Source of the DNA: Squalus acanthias
Taxonomy: Eukaryota
DNA length: 64,000 nucleotides
Assembly (NCBI GenBank): GCA_030390025.1
Contig: CM059432.1
Coordinates: 114,826,001 to 114,890,000, forward strand
Reading direction: 5' to 3'
Shown here: piece by piece, positions 11,971 through 26,784 of the stretch
Position numbering within the stretch: position 1 is the first letter of the stretch
Layout of the letters: each line of letters begins with the position of its first letter
Notes under the pieces: model-generated
What the model saw: the letters and a program-made list of their open reading frames with translations, nothing else
The model's database searches: none
Told to the model about the DNA's origin: nothing
Translations under genes and position numbers: made by a program

Positions 11971-13639
11971 ATAGAGAAAATTAGCTAAATCAGGAAGTAG
12001 TGATTAACTTGGGTAAATTTCCTTTGGTACCTTGCCAAACTTGGGTTTTAAAAACCTACTAATTGTAAGAAAAAAGAAAGCATGAGGGAGCAGGGAGTAT
12101 TATAGTTCTATCATTCCTACCATAACATTTTCTTTGCATTTCTTTTAAAGAAGACAGACTTCTAACTCCAATGTACAGAAAGACAACAATAATTTTCATG
12201 GCATCCCACTACTAACCCATAATTCCTTTTGTTCTGAGTCTTTTGATTATGATTATAGTTGATTCATGAATTATTTCCTTCACCAGGTGCTGCATTTTAT
12301 ATTGCAGCCAGATCACAGATAACAGTGGTTTTGGGTCCTCTTTTACTCAGATTTCTCTCAATCCTGCTCTAGGAATGGCTGTCGAGCCTGTGAAGTTCAC
12401 ACAGTGAAGATTTCTGAGGCGATAAGCAATACCTTCACAGCCACAAACCTTGTTTCTTCCTGATGCTAAAAGTACAGCTTAAAACCAGGTGTCACATGAC
12501 AGCATTAAATTCAAAGAATCAGCAATCCTTGGCAGCAAAGAGCTGCAACACTGCCTAGGTACACACTGTTAAACTGCTGATTCAGTGCACTGTATTGGCA
12601 GCAAGAGAGTTTAACGCCAGTGGGCTTTCAATCACTTTGACAACTCAATGCAAAGCTGTGTAAACTATTAATTGGATCATTAATTATTGATGTTGTTTTC
12701 ACTACAGTTTTGGTCAATAGATTACACCAGTTTTTGCCTTTTAAATAGAAAGGGATTACCTTTCTTTACAGATTTGTTTGATTGCATTAACTGGTTTTAG
12801 CTTTTCACTATAGAGCATCGTACAAAAATATTTAATATTTGGTCACATCGAGCCTGTTGTTTTAATTTCATTTAAAAGCCTACGTGCTGAAGCTGGGAAA
12901 GGCAGAGGAATGCAAAGAAAGAAAAAGGTGCTTCCCTGAGAAAGACTGTTTAATATTTTAATATCTTACGACACAGTTACACTCAATAATCCTAACAGTT
13001 GTCACAGCCCAGTTTTTTTTTGTTCTGAAGAATTAAACTGATAAACTGCAGATTTCCTGTCAAACGCTCACACTGGTACATGTATCATACGCACATCATA
13101 CAGGAAGCTGCATGCTGTTAATAGAGGAGACACAGTCCATTTATATAACTACAACAACCATTTATATAACCGGTACCTATCTCAGATGGTTGAAAAATTG
13201 ATACCTGCTCCTCCATCATCAACACAGTTTTGCTTTTCAACCCTGCTTTTCAACGAAGTCAGCTTTTCTTATGGAGAGTGTACAATTTGTCCAGTGTACA
13301 TAATACGTGTGCAAACGTAATACATGAACCAAGCAGTACTAATTATGAATGAGCTGTCAGCTTTCAGCCAGTATATGCTGTATAGCTCTGATCTCGTGTG
13401 GCACAATGGTACAGCACATTGGAGCGCTAAAGCATAATGTGCCATGATGTTTTTAATCTCATTGGCGGTATCAGGATGAGGCACTGAGGAGAAGAATATA
13501 TATATTTTTATAATTTAACACCAATTCACACAAAAAATATTTTGGAATTGTTGGTTCATATTCATTGCCTCATTATATGAAATATTTGTCAGTTTTCTGT
13601 TTTCTAGCTACTGAGTTCAATGATAGTATAGAATGATTT

Positions 13640-13920
13640 CTATAGATCTCAGATTGGGAGGTGCTTTGCAGTGGTGTTCCCCAAGAGTCAGTTTTGGGTC
13701 CATTATTCTTTTCAATTTTTATAAATGACCTAGACCCTGATGTAGGGAGCAGCATTATAAAGTTTGCAGATGATACGAAACTTGGCAACGTAGTAGATAG
13801 TGTTAAGGATAGTTAGAGGCATCAGGATGACATGGACAGGATGGTGAAATGGGCAGAAGCATGGCAGATGGAGTTCAATGCAGACAAGTGTGAAGTGATG
13901 CACTTTGGAAGGACTAGTTC
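13640..13920 (+). mobile_element. CR1 RT fragment
   Basis: GVPQESVLGP and KFADDTKLG encoded. Confidence 0.85.
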
Positions 13921-14135
13921 TAGAAACATGTTCCTATTACTATACCAGACAATATAAAACACTCAATATTTTAATATCTGTTGACCTTTTTAAAGCAAGT
14001 ATAACCACTTGTTATTTGTACTGGGCACAATATTAAATCACAGCACTTAATTATTAACTAAGGTATTATTTATCCAAACCCAGCAAATCTGTGCTGGTGT
14101 TTTCCTCCATGAGTTACCTAGTCTAAAATGGAAAT

Positions 14136-14608
14136 GTTAGCATAGTGGTTATGTTACTGGACTAGTAATCAAGAGGCCTGGACTAATGATCCAGAGACAT
14201 GAGTTCAAATCCCACCATGGCAGCTGGGGAATTTAAATTCGGTTAATTAATTAAATAAAAAGTTAGTATCAGTAATGGTGACTATGAAACTTGTCGTAAA
14301 AACCCATCTGGTTCACTAATGTCCTTTAGGGAAGGAAATCTGCTGTCCTTACCCAGTCTGGCCGATATGTAACCCCAGACCCACAGCAATGTGGTTGACT
14401 CTTAACTGCCCTCTGAAATGGCCTAGCAAGCCACTCAGTTGTACCAAACCGCTACAAAGAAGTACTGCAGCAGTTCAACAAGGCATCACCACGGGTAAAC
14501 AAGAGTTCAACAAGGCACCACCACCACCTTCTCAAGGGCAAATAGGGATGGGCAATAAATGCCGGACTTGCCAGCGATGCCCACATCCCATGAATGAATA
14601 AAAAAAAT
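14136..14608 (+). mobile_element. tRNA-derived SINE whose 3' tail matches the Zenon-like LINE
   Basis: tagcatagtgg A-box and gagttcaaatccc B-box. Tail caccaccaccttctcaagggcaa..gggatgggcaataaatgc...ttgccagcga.gcccacatcccatgaat + poly(A), as at 21570-21660. Confidence 0.85.
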
Positions 14609-15654
14609 CCCATCTTCTGCTGGGTATCCATTTCCTTTCATTTTCATCAGGCTAAAACTAACTATCCTAGCAGGGATAGATCCCATATCCTCAAAACTGG
14701 ACTTCTGATCCCAAGGAATATTTGATGTGGAAAATGTTTAATTTGAGCTTGTGCACATGTCCATATTGACCAGATATTCCTCCCAAGAACTCATCTTTAA
14801 TATTCCAGTTTGACTCCCCCCCCCGCCCCCCCCAGCATTATAGCAACACACTGGGGGAATATTTACTCTGTGTGCTGGGTATAACAAAATAGTAAACATG
14901 TTTATAAAGGTCAGCTTTGTTATTTTGCAAGTATATATAATGCATTAATTTCCTCATGATCTTTACAATGGTCAGTCTACCTCCAGCAATGAGCACTGAA
15001 CTGAGTTTGAAAGGCAGACTGACCCAAAGTGGTCTGATTCAGGTTAATTTACTAATTAACTGAATTTAGTCAATTTGTTCACTTTGGAATTGCTTTACCA
15101 TTTTGCATACTTGCCATTAAGCATCCCCATTACTGTGGCAATTACTGGATAAACATTTATCTTCCCTGCCCAGTATCACAGCAAAAAATCTATGGGCTGA
15201 TTTAATTTTTGAAAAACAACTTTTTGGTAGATGGTACAAATTTCAGGTCTGCCCAATGTTTTCTCTCAGGTTCAGCATCTCTGGTCTCTCCCATAAGTGG
15301 ATCCAATGTCCCTCACTATCAGAAGGTTACCTTTACAACCCAACACCTGGTCGTACAATAGTGTGACCAGAGGGGTTGTAACAGTGAAACTCCTTGTTAG
15401 ATGAATTAGATACCGTAATCTCGCTTGAGCATCCATGCGCGCTTAGCCAATCTTCTAAAAAGTGGACTTTAGTGAGATGAATCTGAGTGTAAATCAATAA
15501 ACTGGTTTATTTTATATTTGTTAAGTGAATGAGCAGAATGACATTTATAATAAAGATCACCGTACTTGGACTTAATTCAGCATCACTCCCTATAACAAAG
15601 AAAGTAATAAAATTCACCACACGTCACAATTAGAAAGCTAAGTATCGCTTTCCA

Positions 15655-17500
15655 TTCTTGGGACATGGGCGTCACTGACAAGGCCGTCATTTGTGGGGGG
15701 GTTTTATTCGCTTATGGGATCTGTGCGTCGCTGGCAAGGCCAGCATTTATTACCCATCCCTAGTTGCCCTTGAGAAGGTGATGGTGAGCCGCCTTCTTGA
15801 ACCGCTGCAGTCCGTGTGGTGAAGGTACTCCCACAGTGCTGTTAGGTAGGGAGTTCCAGGATTTTGACCCAGCGACGATGAAGGATTGGCGATATACTTC
15901 TAAGTCAGGATGGTGTGTGACTTAGAGGGGAACTTGGAGGTGGTGGTGTTCCCATGCGTCTGCTGCCCTTGTCCTGCTAGGTGGAAGAGGTCGCGGGTTT
16001 GGGAGGTGCTGCCAAAGAAGCCTTGGCAAGTTGCTGCAGTGCATCTTGTAAATGGTACACACTGCAGCCACGGTACGCCGGTGGTGGAGGGAGTGAATGT
16101 TTAAGTTGGTGGATGGGGTGCCAATCAAGCGTGCTGCTTTGTCCTGGATGGTGTCGAGCTTCTTGAGTGTTGTTGCAGTTGCACTCATCCAGGCAAGAGT
16201 ATTCCATCTCCTTACTTGTGCCTTGTAGATGGTGGAAAGGCTTTGGGGAGTCAGGAGGTGAGACACTCGCTGCAGAATACCTTGCCATTCCTACTCGCCG
16301 CAGAATACCTTGCCATTCCTACTTGCACTGCAGCCATGGTGCGGCAGTAGTGGACGGGGTAGATGTATGCGCCAGTGGGTGATGTGCTGATCAAGCGGAC
16401 TGCTTTGTCCTGGATGGTGTCTAGCTTCTTGTTGCAGAAGGCATTGTTCCAGCTGCACCCATCCTGGCAAATGGGGAGTCTTCCATCAAATACTGACTTC
16501 TGCCTTCGAGGTGGTGGGGAAGCTTTGGGGAGTCAGAAGGTGAGCTACTCAGGTGAGGTTGTGCATTTTAGTAGGAGGAATAAGGAGGCCGCCTACTCCT
16601 TAGAAAGTAAGTCTAAATTGGGTGGAGGCACAAAGGGATCTCGGGGTACAGATTCACAAATCATTAAAAGTAGCAACGTAGGTTCACAAATCATAAAAAG
16701 TGCAATGTACTGTGGTTCATTTCTAGAGGAATAGAATTGAAAAGCAGAGAGGTTATGTTAAACTTATATAAAACCTTGGTTAGACCACACTTAGATTACT
16801 GTGCACAATTCTGGTCTCCATATTACAAAAAGGATATATAGAAGCACTGGCGAAAGTGCAAAAAAGATTTAAAAGGATGATACCAAAACTGAAAGTACAA
16901 CTATCAGGAAAAACTAAACACACTGGGGCTCTTTTCTCTAGAAAAGAGAAGACCGAGAGGTGACCTGATAGAGGTCTTTAAAATTATGAAGAGGTTCAAT
17001 AGGGTAGCCTTAGAGAAGATGTTACCACTTGTGGGGGGTCCAAAACTAGGGACCATAAATATAAGATAGTCACTAATAAAAGGACTTCAGGACAAACTTC
17101 TTTATTCAGAGAGTGGTGAGAATATGGGACTCTATCACATGAAGTGGTTGAGGCGAATAGTATAGATGCACTTATGGGGAAGCTAGTTAAGTACATGAGG
17201 GAAAAAGGAATAGAAGGATATGTTGATAGGGTGAGATAAAGTAAGGTGGGAGGAGGCTCGTGTGGAGCATAAACAACGGCATAGATCTGTTGGGCCGAAT
17301 GGCCTGTTTCTATGCTGTAAAATTCTATGTAATTCCATGTAATCGCCACAGAATACCCAGCCTCTGACCTGCTCTAGTAACCACAGCATTTATCTCGTGG
17401 TCCAGTTGAGTTTCTGGTCAATCGTGACCCCCAAGATGTTGATGGTGAGGTATTTGGTGATGATAATGTCATTGAATGTCAGGTGGAAGTGGTTAGGCGC
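15655..17500 (-). mobile_element. Nested CR1-group (Zenon-like) LINE fragments, with a plus-strand CR1 inserted at about 16551-17341
   Basis: LSTIYKAQVR..WMSA..TLKKLDTIQDKAARLIG. A younger copy (15705-16290) sits inside an older one, with a 28-bp tandem duplication at about 16266-16323. Confidence 0.85.
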
Positions 17501-17999
17501 TCTCTCTCTCTCTGGCCAGTAGTTCTACTAATCCTGACTGGCGAGATCAGGAAATCATGATCACTCCTTGACTGTCTCCCTTCTCAATAATTGCCCTGGA
17601 CCATGACTCTTTTGTCATTTTGTTCCCCAGCTAGAAAAGAACCCAGCACCTTGTCATCTGAGTCTCTCTAAGCTCTTCCTGTCCGATGCTTGGCATTAAT
17701 ATGAAGAATGTACTTTCAAAGATTGTGAACTCAGACTCGTTGAACAGCTGACCTCCAATTCACATACCTACGATTATATAACAGTTTAACTGAAAAGTTT
17801 GTAGAGCAGTATACAGAAGAGGAAATGGGACAGAATTGCAAACAGTTCTGGAAACATAACATAAAAAGAGAACATGGCTTTGTCTTATACTTGGAAATCA
17901 TCGCAGATTCAAGACAGAAAATATTTTAAAAAGCAAACCAAGCACTGGGGTGCATTTCTAGAGGAATAGAATTGAAAAGCAGGAAAGTTATGTGGAGCT

Positions 18000-18352
18000 A
18001 CAACAACTTGTTATTATATAGTGTCTTTATTGTAGAAAAACATGCCAAAGCGAGCACAAAGCTTAATCAAAAATTTAACACGGAGCCAAAAAAGGGGATA
18101 TTAGAAGGGGTGAGCAAAAGCTTGGTTAAAAAGTTAGCTTTTAAGGAAGGTCTTAAAGGAGGAGAGGGTTGTGGAGAGGTCTAGGAAGGGAATTCCAGAA
18201 TGTGGTGCTGAGGCAGCTGAAGGTGCAGCCATTAATGATGGGGATAGGGAAGGGTGATGCACAGGAGGTCAGAGTCATAGGAACAAAAGATTCAGGTGAG
18301 GTTGTAGGGCTGGTTTGTGGAAGTTACAGAAATAGGGAGGGGCAACAGCTTT
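18000..18352 (-). mobile_element. L2 3' fragment (a short CR1 piece lies just upstream, 17890-17995)
   Basis: Similar to 11041-11370. Confidence 0.7.
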
Positions 18353-18949
18353 AAACATTACCAATTAAACTGGTTACTTCAGTCCCAGGTAGAAGTTTCC
18401 TCTGCTAATCTCACAGATAAGGAGCTGTACCAGCATAATCACCCAATCGCCTGCCTGGGATGGGTTAATGAAGCTTATTGTCTCAACCTGATGTAGTGTG
18501 GAAGAAATACCATTGCGACATAATGCGTAAGGAAGTTCACTGGAATGTCTGAATGGACTTTTGTGTCAGGTGGAAGTGGTATGCAAGAGACATTGGGGTC
18601 ATTTTCATCTTCACTGCCTGGGTGTTAAACTGCCAGAGAAGATCATCCACCCATTGTACAACCTGCCCAATTTTTCATTCTATTCAAAGATCGTTTCAGG
18701 AACTGGTTCGTCTAAACTCCCCTCTCCAGCCCTCAGTTGCTATTGGAGTCTAATCCCTTGTCAGCTAAATTTGAGTTAATATCATGATTTTAACAACACA
18801 GGAGCACCCTAAATTCATTACCCGTCCTCCACCACCCGCCCCTCCACCCCTGCTATGTGGAGCCATCCTCTCCAGCCCCAGGAATTGTGGGCCTGCAATG
18901 GATTCTCATTACGCTCCTGCACCGTTACCTCCGGAGTCCCTCAATAATC

Positions 18950-21900
18950 TATCCTTGGCCACCTCCTATTTCTCATCTACATGCTGCCCCTCGGCGACAT
19001 CATTCGAAAGCAAAGCGTCAGTTTCCACATGTATGCTGACGATACCCAGCTCTATCTCACCACCACCTCTCTCGACCCCTCCACTCTCTCTAAATTGCCA
19101 GACTGCTTGTCTGACATCCAGTACTGGATGAGCAGAAATTTTCTGCAATTAAATATTGGGAAGACCGAAGCCATTGTCTTTAGTCCCCGCCACAAACTCC
19201 GTTCCCTTGCCGCTGACTCCATCCCTCTCCCTGGCAACTGTCTGAGGCTGAACCAGACTGTTAGCAACCTTGGGGTCATATTTGACCCCGAAATGAGCTT
19301 CCGACCACATATCCACGCCATCACTAAGACCGCCTATTTCCACCTCCATAACATCGCCTAACTCCGCCCGTGCCTCAGCTCATCTGGTGCTGAAACCCTC
19401 ATCCATGCCTTTGTTACCTCTAAACTTGACCATTCCAATGCACTCCTGGCCAGCCTCCCAAGTTTAACCTACCGTAAACTTGAGGTCATCCAAAACTCTG
19501 CTGCCCATATCCTAACTCCACCACAATCTGTAACCTCATGGTCTGGGATATCCCTCACTTAACAATTACCATCAAGCAAGGCACCAACCCTGATTCAATA
19601 AGGAGTGTATAAGAGCATGCCAGGAGCAGCACCAGGTATGCATAAAAATGAGGTGCCAAACTGGGGAAGCTGCAACACAGGACTACGTGCATGCTAAACA
19701 GCGGAAGCGGTATGCTATAGCCAGAGCTAAGCGATCCCACAAACAACGGATCAGATCAAAGCTCTGGAGTCCTGCCAGTCATGAATGGTGGTGGACAATT
19801 AAACAACTAACGGGCGGAGGAGGCTCCTTGAACATCCCCATCTTCAATGATGGTGGAGCCCAGCACGTGAGTGCAAATGACAAGGCTGAAGCGTTTGCAA
19901 CCATCTTCAGCAAGAAGTGCCAAGTGGATGATCCAGCTCAGCCTTGTCCTGAGGTCCCCACCATCACAGAAGCCAGTCTTCAGCCAATTCGATTCACTCC
20001 ACGTGATATCAAGAAACGGCTGGGCGCACTGGATACAGCAAAGGCTATGGGCCCCAACAACATCCTGACTGTAGTGCTGAAGGCTTGTGCTCCAGAACTA
20101 GCCACGACTCTAGCCAAGCTGTTCCAGTACAGCTACAACATATGTGGGAGGAGGCTCAAGTGGAGCATAAATGCCAGCATTGACTGGTTGGGCCGAATGG
20201 CCTGTTTCTATGCTGTTTATCCTATGTAAACACTGGCATCTGCCCAACAAACTGGAAAATTGCCCAGGTATGTCCTGTCCTGTCCACAAAAACTAGGACA
20301 AATCCAATCCGACCAATTACCAACCCTTCAGTCTACTCTCAATCATCAAAAAAGTGATGGAAGGGGTCGTCGACAGTGCTATCAAGTGACACTTACTCAC
20401 CAATAACATGTTCACCGATGCTCAGTTTAGTTTTCGCCAAGACCACTGAGCTCCAGACGTCATTACAGCCTTGGTCCAAACATGGACAAAAGAGCTGAAT
20501 TCCAGAGGGGAGGTGAGAGTGACTGTTCTTGACATCAAGGCAGCATTTGATCGAGTGTGGCATCAAGGAGCCCTAGTAAAATTGAAGTCACTGGGAATCA
20601 GGGGGAAAACTCTCCACTGGCTGGAGTCATACCTAGCACAAAGGAAGATGGTTGTGGTTGTTGGAGGCCAATCATCTCAGCCCCAGGACATTGCTGCAGG
20701 AGTTCCTCAGGGCAATATCCTAAGCCCAACCATCTTGAGCTGCTTCATCAATGACCTTCCCTCCATCATAAGGTCAGAGGTAGGGATGTTCACTGATGAT
20801 CGCAGTGTTCAGTTCCATTCGCAACTCCTCAGATAATGAAGCAGTCCGCACCCGCATGCAGCAAGACCCGGACAACATTCAGGCTTTGGCTGATAAGTGG
20901 GAAGTAACATTCGCGCCACACAAGTGCCAGGCAATGACTATCTCTAACAAGCGAGAGTCTAACCACCGCCCCTTGACATTCAACAGCATTATCATCGCTG
21001 AATCCCCCACCATCAACATCCTGGGGGTCACCATTGACCAGAAACTTAACTGGACCAGCCACATAAATACTATGGCTACAAGAGCAGGTCAGAGGTTGTG
21101 TATTCTGTGGCGAGTGACTCACCACCTGACTCCCCAAAGCCTTTCCACCACCTACAAGGCACAAGTAACGAGTGTGATGGAATACTCTCCACTTGTCTGG
21201 ATGAGTGCAGCTCCAACAACACTCAAGAAGCTTGACACCATCCAAGTCAAAACAGTCCACTTGACTGGCACCCCATCCACCACCTTAAACATTCACTCCC
21301 TCCACCAGTGCACCGTGGCTGCAGTGTGCACTATCTACAAGATGCACTGCAGGAACTCACCAAGGCTTCTTCAACAGCACCTCCCACACCCGTGACCTCT
21401 ACCACTTGGAAGGACAAAGGCAACAGGCGCATGGGAACACCGCCACCTCTAAGTCACACACTGTCCTGATTTGGAAATATATCGCCGTTCCTTCATCGTC
21501 GCTGGGTCAAACTCCTGGAACTCCCTACAGCACCTTCACCACACGGACTGCAACGGTTCAAGAAGGTGGGCCACCACCACCTTCTTAAGGGCAATTAGGA
21601 ATGGCAATAAATGCTGGCCTTGCCAGCGACGCCCACATCCCATGAATTAATAAAAAAAAACTTGAACCAAGTCCCGCTCTCCCATCTCCCCTCTGCTTGC
21701 TGACCTACATTGACTCCTTGCTTTTAAAATTCTCATCCTTGTTTTCAAATCATTCCATGGCTTCGCCCCTCCCTATCTCTGTAATCTCCTCCAGCCCTAC
21801 AACCCACCGAGATCTCTGCGATCTGCCAATTCTGGCCTCTTAAGCATCCCCAATTTTAAATGCTCCACCGTTGGCGGCCGTGCCTTCAGCTGCCAAGGCC

Positions 21901-22095
21901 CCAAGCTCTGGAATTCCCTCCCTAAACCTCTCCGCCTCTCTTTCCACCTTTAAGACACTCCAAAAAACCTACCTCTTCTGCCCGAATATCTCCTTATGTG
22001 ATTCGATGTCAAATTTTGTTTGATATCGTAGTAAAACTTTGGGACGTTTTGCTACGTTAAAGGTGCTATATAAATGCAAGTTATTGTTGTTGTTA
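18950..22095 (+). mobile_element. L2 LINE (18950-19520 and 21661-22095) split by a LINE insertion
   Basis: FHMYADDTQLY, FLQLNIGKTEAIVF; tail aaaggtgctatataaatgcaag(ttg)n. Confidence 0.9.
19521..21660 (+). mobile_element. CR1-group (Zenon-like) LINE, ORF2 remnant with RT; small CR1 tail nested at 20143-20228
   Basis: KAMGPNNI, LDIKAAFDRVWH, GVPQG, MFTDD, YKAQVTSVMEYSPLVW; poly(A) at 21652-21660. Confidence 0.88.
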
Positions 22096-22890
22096 TATTT
22101 GGAAACCATCGCAGGTTCAGGACAGAAAATATAGAAAAAGCAAACCAAGCACTGGGGTTAATTTCGAGAAGAATAGAATTGAAAAGCAGAGAAGTTACGT
22201 TAAACTTGTATAGAATTTTGGTTAGACCACACTTAGAGTACTGTGTACAGTTCTAGGCTCCATATTTTAAAAAGTTTCTAGAGGCACTGGAGAAGGTGCA
22301 AGAAAGAGTTACAAGGATGATACCAGAACTGAGAGGTTATACCTATCAGGAAAGACTGAGTATGCTGGGGTTCTTTTCTCTCGAAAAGAGAATGCCAAGA
22401 GCTGACCTAATAGAGGACTTTAAAATTATGAAGGGGTTTGATTGGGTAGACGTAGAGAAGATGTTTCTGCTTGTGTGGAGTCCAAAACTAGGGGTCATAA
22501 ATTTAAGATAGTCATTAATATATCCAATAAATAATTCAGGAGATACCTCTTTACCCAGAAAGTGGTTAGAATGTGGAACTTACCACCACATGAAGTACAA
22601 GGACTAGAGGACACAGATTTAAGGTTTTGGGCAAGAGATTCAGGGGGGGATGTGAGGGAAAACTTTTTTACGCAGCAAGTGCTCAGGACCTGGAACTCGC
22701 TGCCGACGGAAGTGGTGGAAGCGGACACACTCAATGTTTCCAAGGGGAGACTGGATAGGCACTTGAGGGAAATAAACTTGCAGGGCTACGGGGATAGAGC
22801 GGTAGAATGGGACTGACTGGATTGCTCTGCAGAGAGCCAGCAAGGACTCAATGGGCCGAATGGCCTCCTTCTGTGCTGTTATGACTCTGA
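22096..22890 (+). mobile_element. Two adjacent CR1 3' fragments
   Basis: VRPHLEYCVQF; FFTQQVLRTWNSLP; atgactct tail. Confidence 0.85.
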
Positions 22891-25091
22891 CTCACTGGAG
22901 TTTGCCAATGGGGAGCTTGTGAAGGCGGGACTCCCACTTGTCGGGTTTCAGTCCCACCTCCATCAACTTCTGGCCAACCCACGCTATTTTCCCTTGACTG
23001 ACCTTGTTAAGCCCGCTGGGCGGGCTTAGCAGGCCAATTAAGGGAAAGTCGGTTACAGAGAACGTCAGCGTATGACATTTCATCTGTCAAATCATAGAAT
23101 CAGAGAAGATAGGAGCAGGAGTAGGCCATTTGGCCCCTCTAGCCTGCTTCGCCATTTAATGCGATCATGGCTGATCATCCAAATTCAGTACCCTGTCCCT
23201 GCTTTCTCCCCATATCCCTTGATCCCTTTAGCCTTAAGAAATATATCCAACTCCTTCTTGAATCTATTTAATGAATTGGCCTCAACTGCCTTCTGTGGCA
23301 GAGAATTCCACAGGTTCACCACTCTCTGGGTGAAGAAATTCCTCCTCATTTCTGTCCTAAATGGCTTACCCCTTATCCTTAGACTGTGACCCCTGGTTCT
23401 GGACTCCCCGACCATCGGGAACATCCTTCCTGCATCTAGTTTGTCCTGTCCTGTCAGAATTTTATAAGTTTCAATGAGATCCCCTCTCATTCTTCTAAAC
23501 TCCAGCGAGTATAAGCCCAATCGACCCAATCTCTCTTCATACGTCATTCCTGCCATCCCAGGTATCAGCCTTGTGAATCTTCGCTGAACTCCTTCCATGG
23601 CAAGAACATCCTTCCTCAGATAAGGCGACCAAAATAGCACACAGTACTCAAGGTGTGGTCTCACCAAGGCCCTGTACAACTGCAGCAAGACATCCTTGTT
23701 CCTGTACTCAAACCCACTCGCTATGAAGGCCAACATACCATTTGCCTTCTTAACCACCTGCTGCACCTGCATGCTTACCTTCAGCGACTGGTGCACAAGG
23801 ACACCCAGGTCTCATTGCACTTCCCCTTCTCCCAATCTATTGCCATTCAGATAATAATCTGCCTTTCTGTTTTTGACACCAAAGTGGATAACCTCGCATT
23901 TATCCACGTTATATTGCATCTGACATGCTTCTGCCCAATCACCCAACCTGTCCAAATCATCCTGGAGTTTCTCGGCATCCTCCTCGCAGCACACACGCCC
24001 ACCCAGTTTTGTGTCGTCTGCAAACTTGGAGATATTACATCTAGTTCCCTTGTCTAGATCATTAATATATATTGTGAATAGCTGGGGTCCAAGGACCGAT
24101 CCTTGCGGTACCCCACTAGTCACTGCCTGCCACTCGGAAAAAGACCCGTTTATTGTAACTCTTTGCTTTCTGTCTGCCAACCAGTTCTCTATCCAAGTCA
24201 ATACCTTGCCCCCAATCCCATGTGCCTTAACTTTACACGCTAATCTCTTATGCGGGACCTTATCAAAAGCCTTTTGGAAGTCCAAATACACCACATCCAC
24301 TGGTTCTCCCTTATCTATTTTACCAGTTACATCCTCAAAAAATTCCAGTGGATTAGTCAAGCATGATTTACCTTTTGTAAATCCATGTTGACTTTGTCCG
24401 ATCCTGTCACTGTTTTTCAAGTGCTCAGCTATTACATCTTTTATATTTTTAACAGATGAATTGTCATTGTTTGACAGCTCTGTGAAGCTGTCAAACACTG
24501 ACATTCTCTGTAGTTTGATGAGTTCTTGAATTCAAGACCTCATCAAACCTCTTTCTTTTGCAGAAATTAGATGGTTGTTGCATTGGCGAATGCAACGGCC
24601 ATCTGTCATCTCTGCCGCGGAGGTGCGAGACTCTCCGCATACCCACCGATTGAAGCCTGCAGGTAGAAACAAAGGTAAGTAAACTTTTATCTAACAGTTT
24701 CCACTTACCTCACATACTCACCTCTCCACACTTGCACCCAACACTTACCTTCACAGCGCACTTTTGCACCCCTCCGACCCCCGCAGACCCACTACTCGCC
24801 TCGGTGACTCTGGCGGGGTTCGGAGCCTTCAGGAAGCCCGCACTTGTGTGGGCAAAATGGGGATAATCCTCTCATCTGCCTGTTAACTACCTGTTAACAG
24901 GCAGATAAGTGGCTCTAATTCCCTTCCCGCCTCCAAGGAGATGGGACCCGGCGCAGGTCGGCTACCCGCCTCCTGGCAAGTTGGCACGGAGGCAGGTTGG
25001 GGGCGGGTTGGGCACCCGCCCCCAAATTCTGCCATTTTCCCGGCAGTCCCGCCTCCATACCCGCCTCCCCAGGGCTTGCAAGATCATGCCC
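22891..25091 (-). mobile_element. Harbinger-type non-autonomous element (copy A), split by a CR1 insertion
   Basis: 22891-23090 plus 24444-25091 is the near reverse complement of 34181-35059; TIR gcaagatcatgccc at the right end. Confidence 0.85.
23091..24443 (-). mobile_element. CR1 LINE, young 5'-truncated copy
   Basis: Long RT ORFs of 230 and 203 aa; closely similar to 56617-57797. Confidence 0.95.
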
Positions 25092-26784
25092 TCTGACTCT
25101 ATATTGCATTCTCAAATCTGGCAAAAACACCATTTGTTACAAAAATAGATGTCCTTAAATGCCTTTGTGATGCCATGACTCTTTTGATCATCTAATCTTG
25201 TTTCAGGTTCAAAATGTTTTTAATTAGCTAAAATACAACTGAAGAGCACATTTCTACTACGGGCAAATGAATTACCAGTGACTGATCTGAACCTTTTAAG
25301 AAAAATCAGTCCGATTTCTTTCAACATTTGTGAGTTGCAGTACAGCTATATTGTTGGATATAAACAGTGCAGTCGATAATGCATCCCTATCATAGTGGAG
25401 GCAGTGCCACACCTCATGGGCATGGCAAGTATGTAGTGTGTGGAAATGAGCCCGCATCATTTTGTTAAGTCAGCTCATTTTAATAACTCCATATTCCCCC
25501 TGCACAGTTTGGCTGATGCACAGTAAGCACATTGGAGGTGCTGCTCTTAAAGGATTTAAGGCTGAGCTGCACTTTTGAAGTTTAAACTCTTCCTGATAGC
25601 ACTTCAGTATGTCAACAAGGAGGAACAGCAGCAGGGCTGCTGCTTTTGAGAATGCAGCTCTGGAGGTGTTACTCCAGGAGGTGTTGCAAACAAGGACTGC
25701 CCCTTTTAAAGCTATGGAGCACCCCTGATCAGGAACACAATCCGCAATAACTGTGGAAGTGGTCAAGTAAATGAGTCCATAGACTATAGGAGCAGATGAG
25801 AAAAAAAAATCTAGAGTCATGAAGACTGCCAAGGTTAGAGTACATACAATTTGTACTTATTTTTGCATATGCCCTTATGATGAATGCCGAAAAGAGTTCA
25901 CTCTTTATCTTGGAATTCTGTGGAGGCAGCATATGAAGCACTTAGGTAATTTTTCAGCCGGTTGACACATGAACATACATGCTCATGTTGCTCCAGGGTC
26001 AATTTGCTGTTGGCACATAATATGCTTCTAATATTGCACATAAATCTTACAAGTTAGAACCACCAAGCATACTACCACAATAAGCTACTTGCACATTGCA
26101 TGTTCATGGACTCACAGAAGGGGGCATGTAGGCTGGGCACTTGGGTGACGGGAAAAGGCAGGAACAAATGTTTGGCCATCTAAGCAAGCTACAGAGCGAC
26201 TGGCCAGTTCAGATCCTCTTGCAGTGGAGCCTGCAATCACAGAGGTCCTAAGTCCAGGCACAGTTTCTCTAATGAATGCTCTACGGCATCAAGCACCTAG
26301 AGCTTCAATATACAGCAGCTTTCAACATGCTAGGGGATTGGATTGAGAAAGCCATAGTACACTGCTTTAACAATCTCCTCGCTGCCCAGCAGTCTGCTCC
26401 CACACAGATCATTGGACATGTTGAAGAATGATAGGAGTTGGCACAAATGAAGGAGCTGGCTCTCGGCGATACCACATTCATCCCATCCAGCCTTCCAGGT
26501 CAAATGATGTGTCAGAAAACTTGCAGGACGAGGCAGCTACTGCAGTATTAGATGGGGTGCCAGGGATTGCACAGTCATCTTGTGATGTTAGTTGTTGCAG
26601 AGTTATTTCATGATTCAGCCCAAGGAGGCACGAGAGGTGCACACTGAAACCCAGCAGCCAGACACCACCATATTGCATTTGGCCACTTTATTGGGAACAG
26701 GTCTGGAAGTACATTAGGTGGAACAGGTACTTAAGTAGCAGTCTTGTTGTTTAGAGCCTGCTTGAAGACTCTTCCTGTCTGCAA

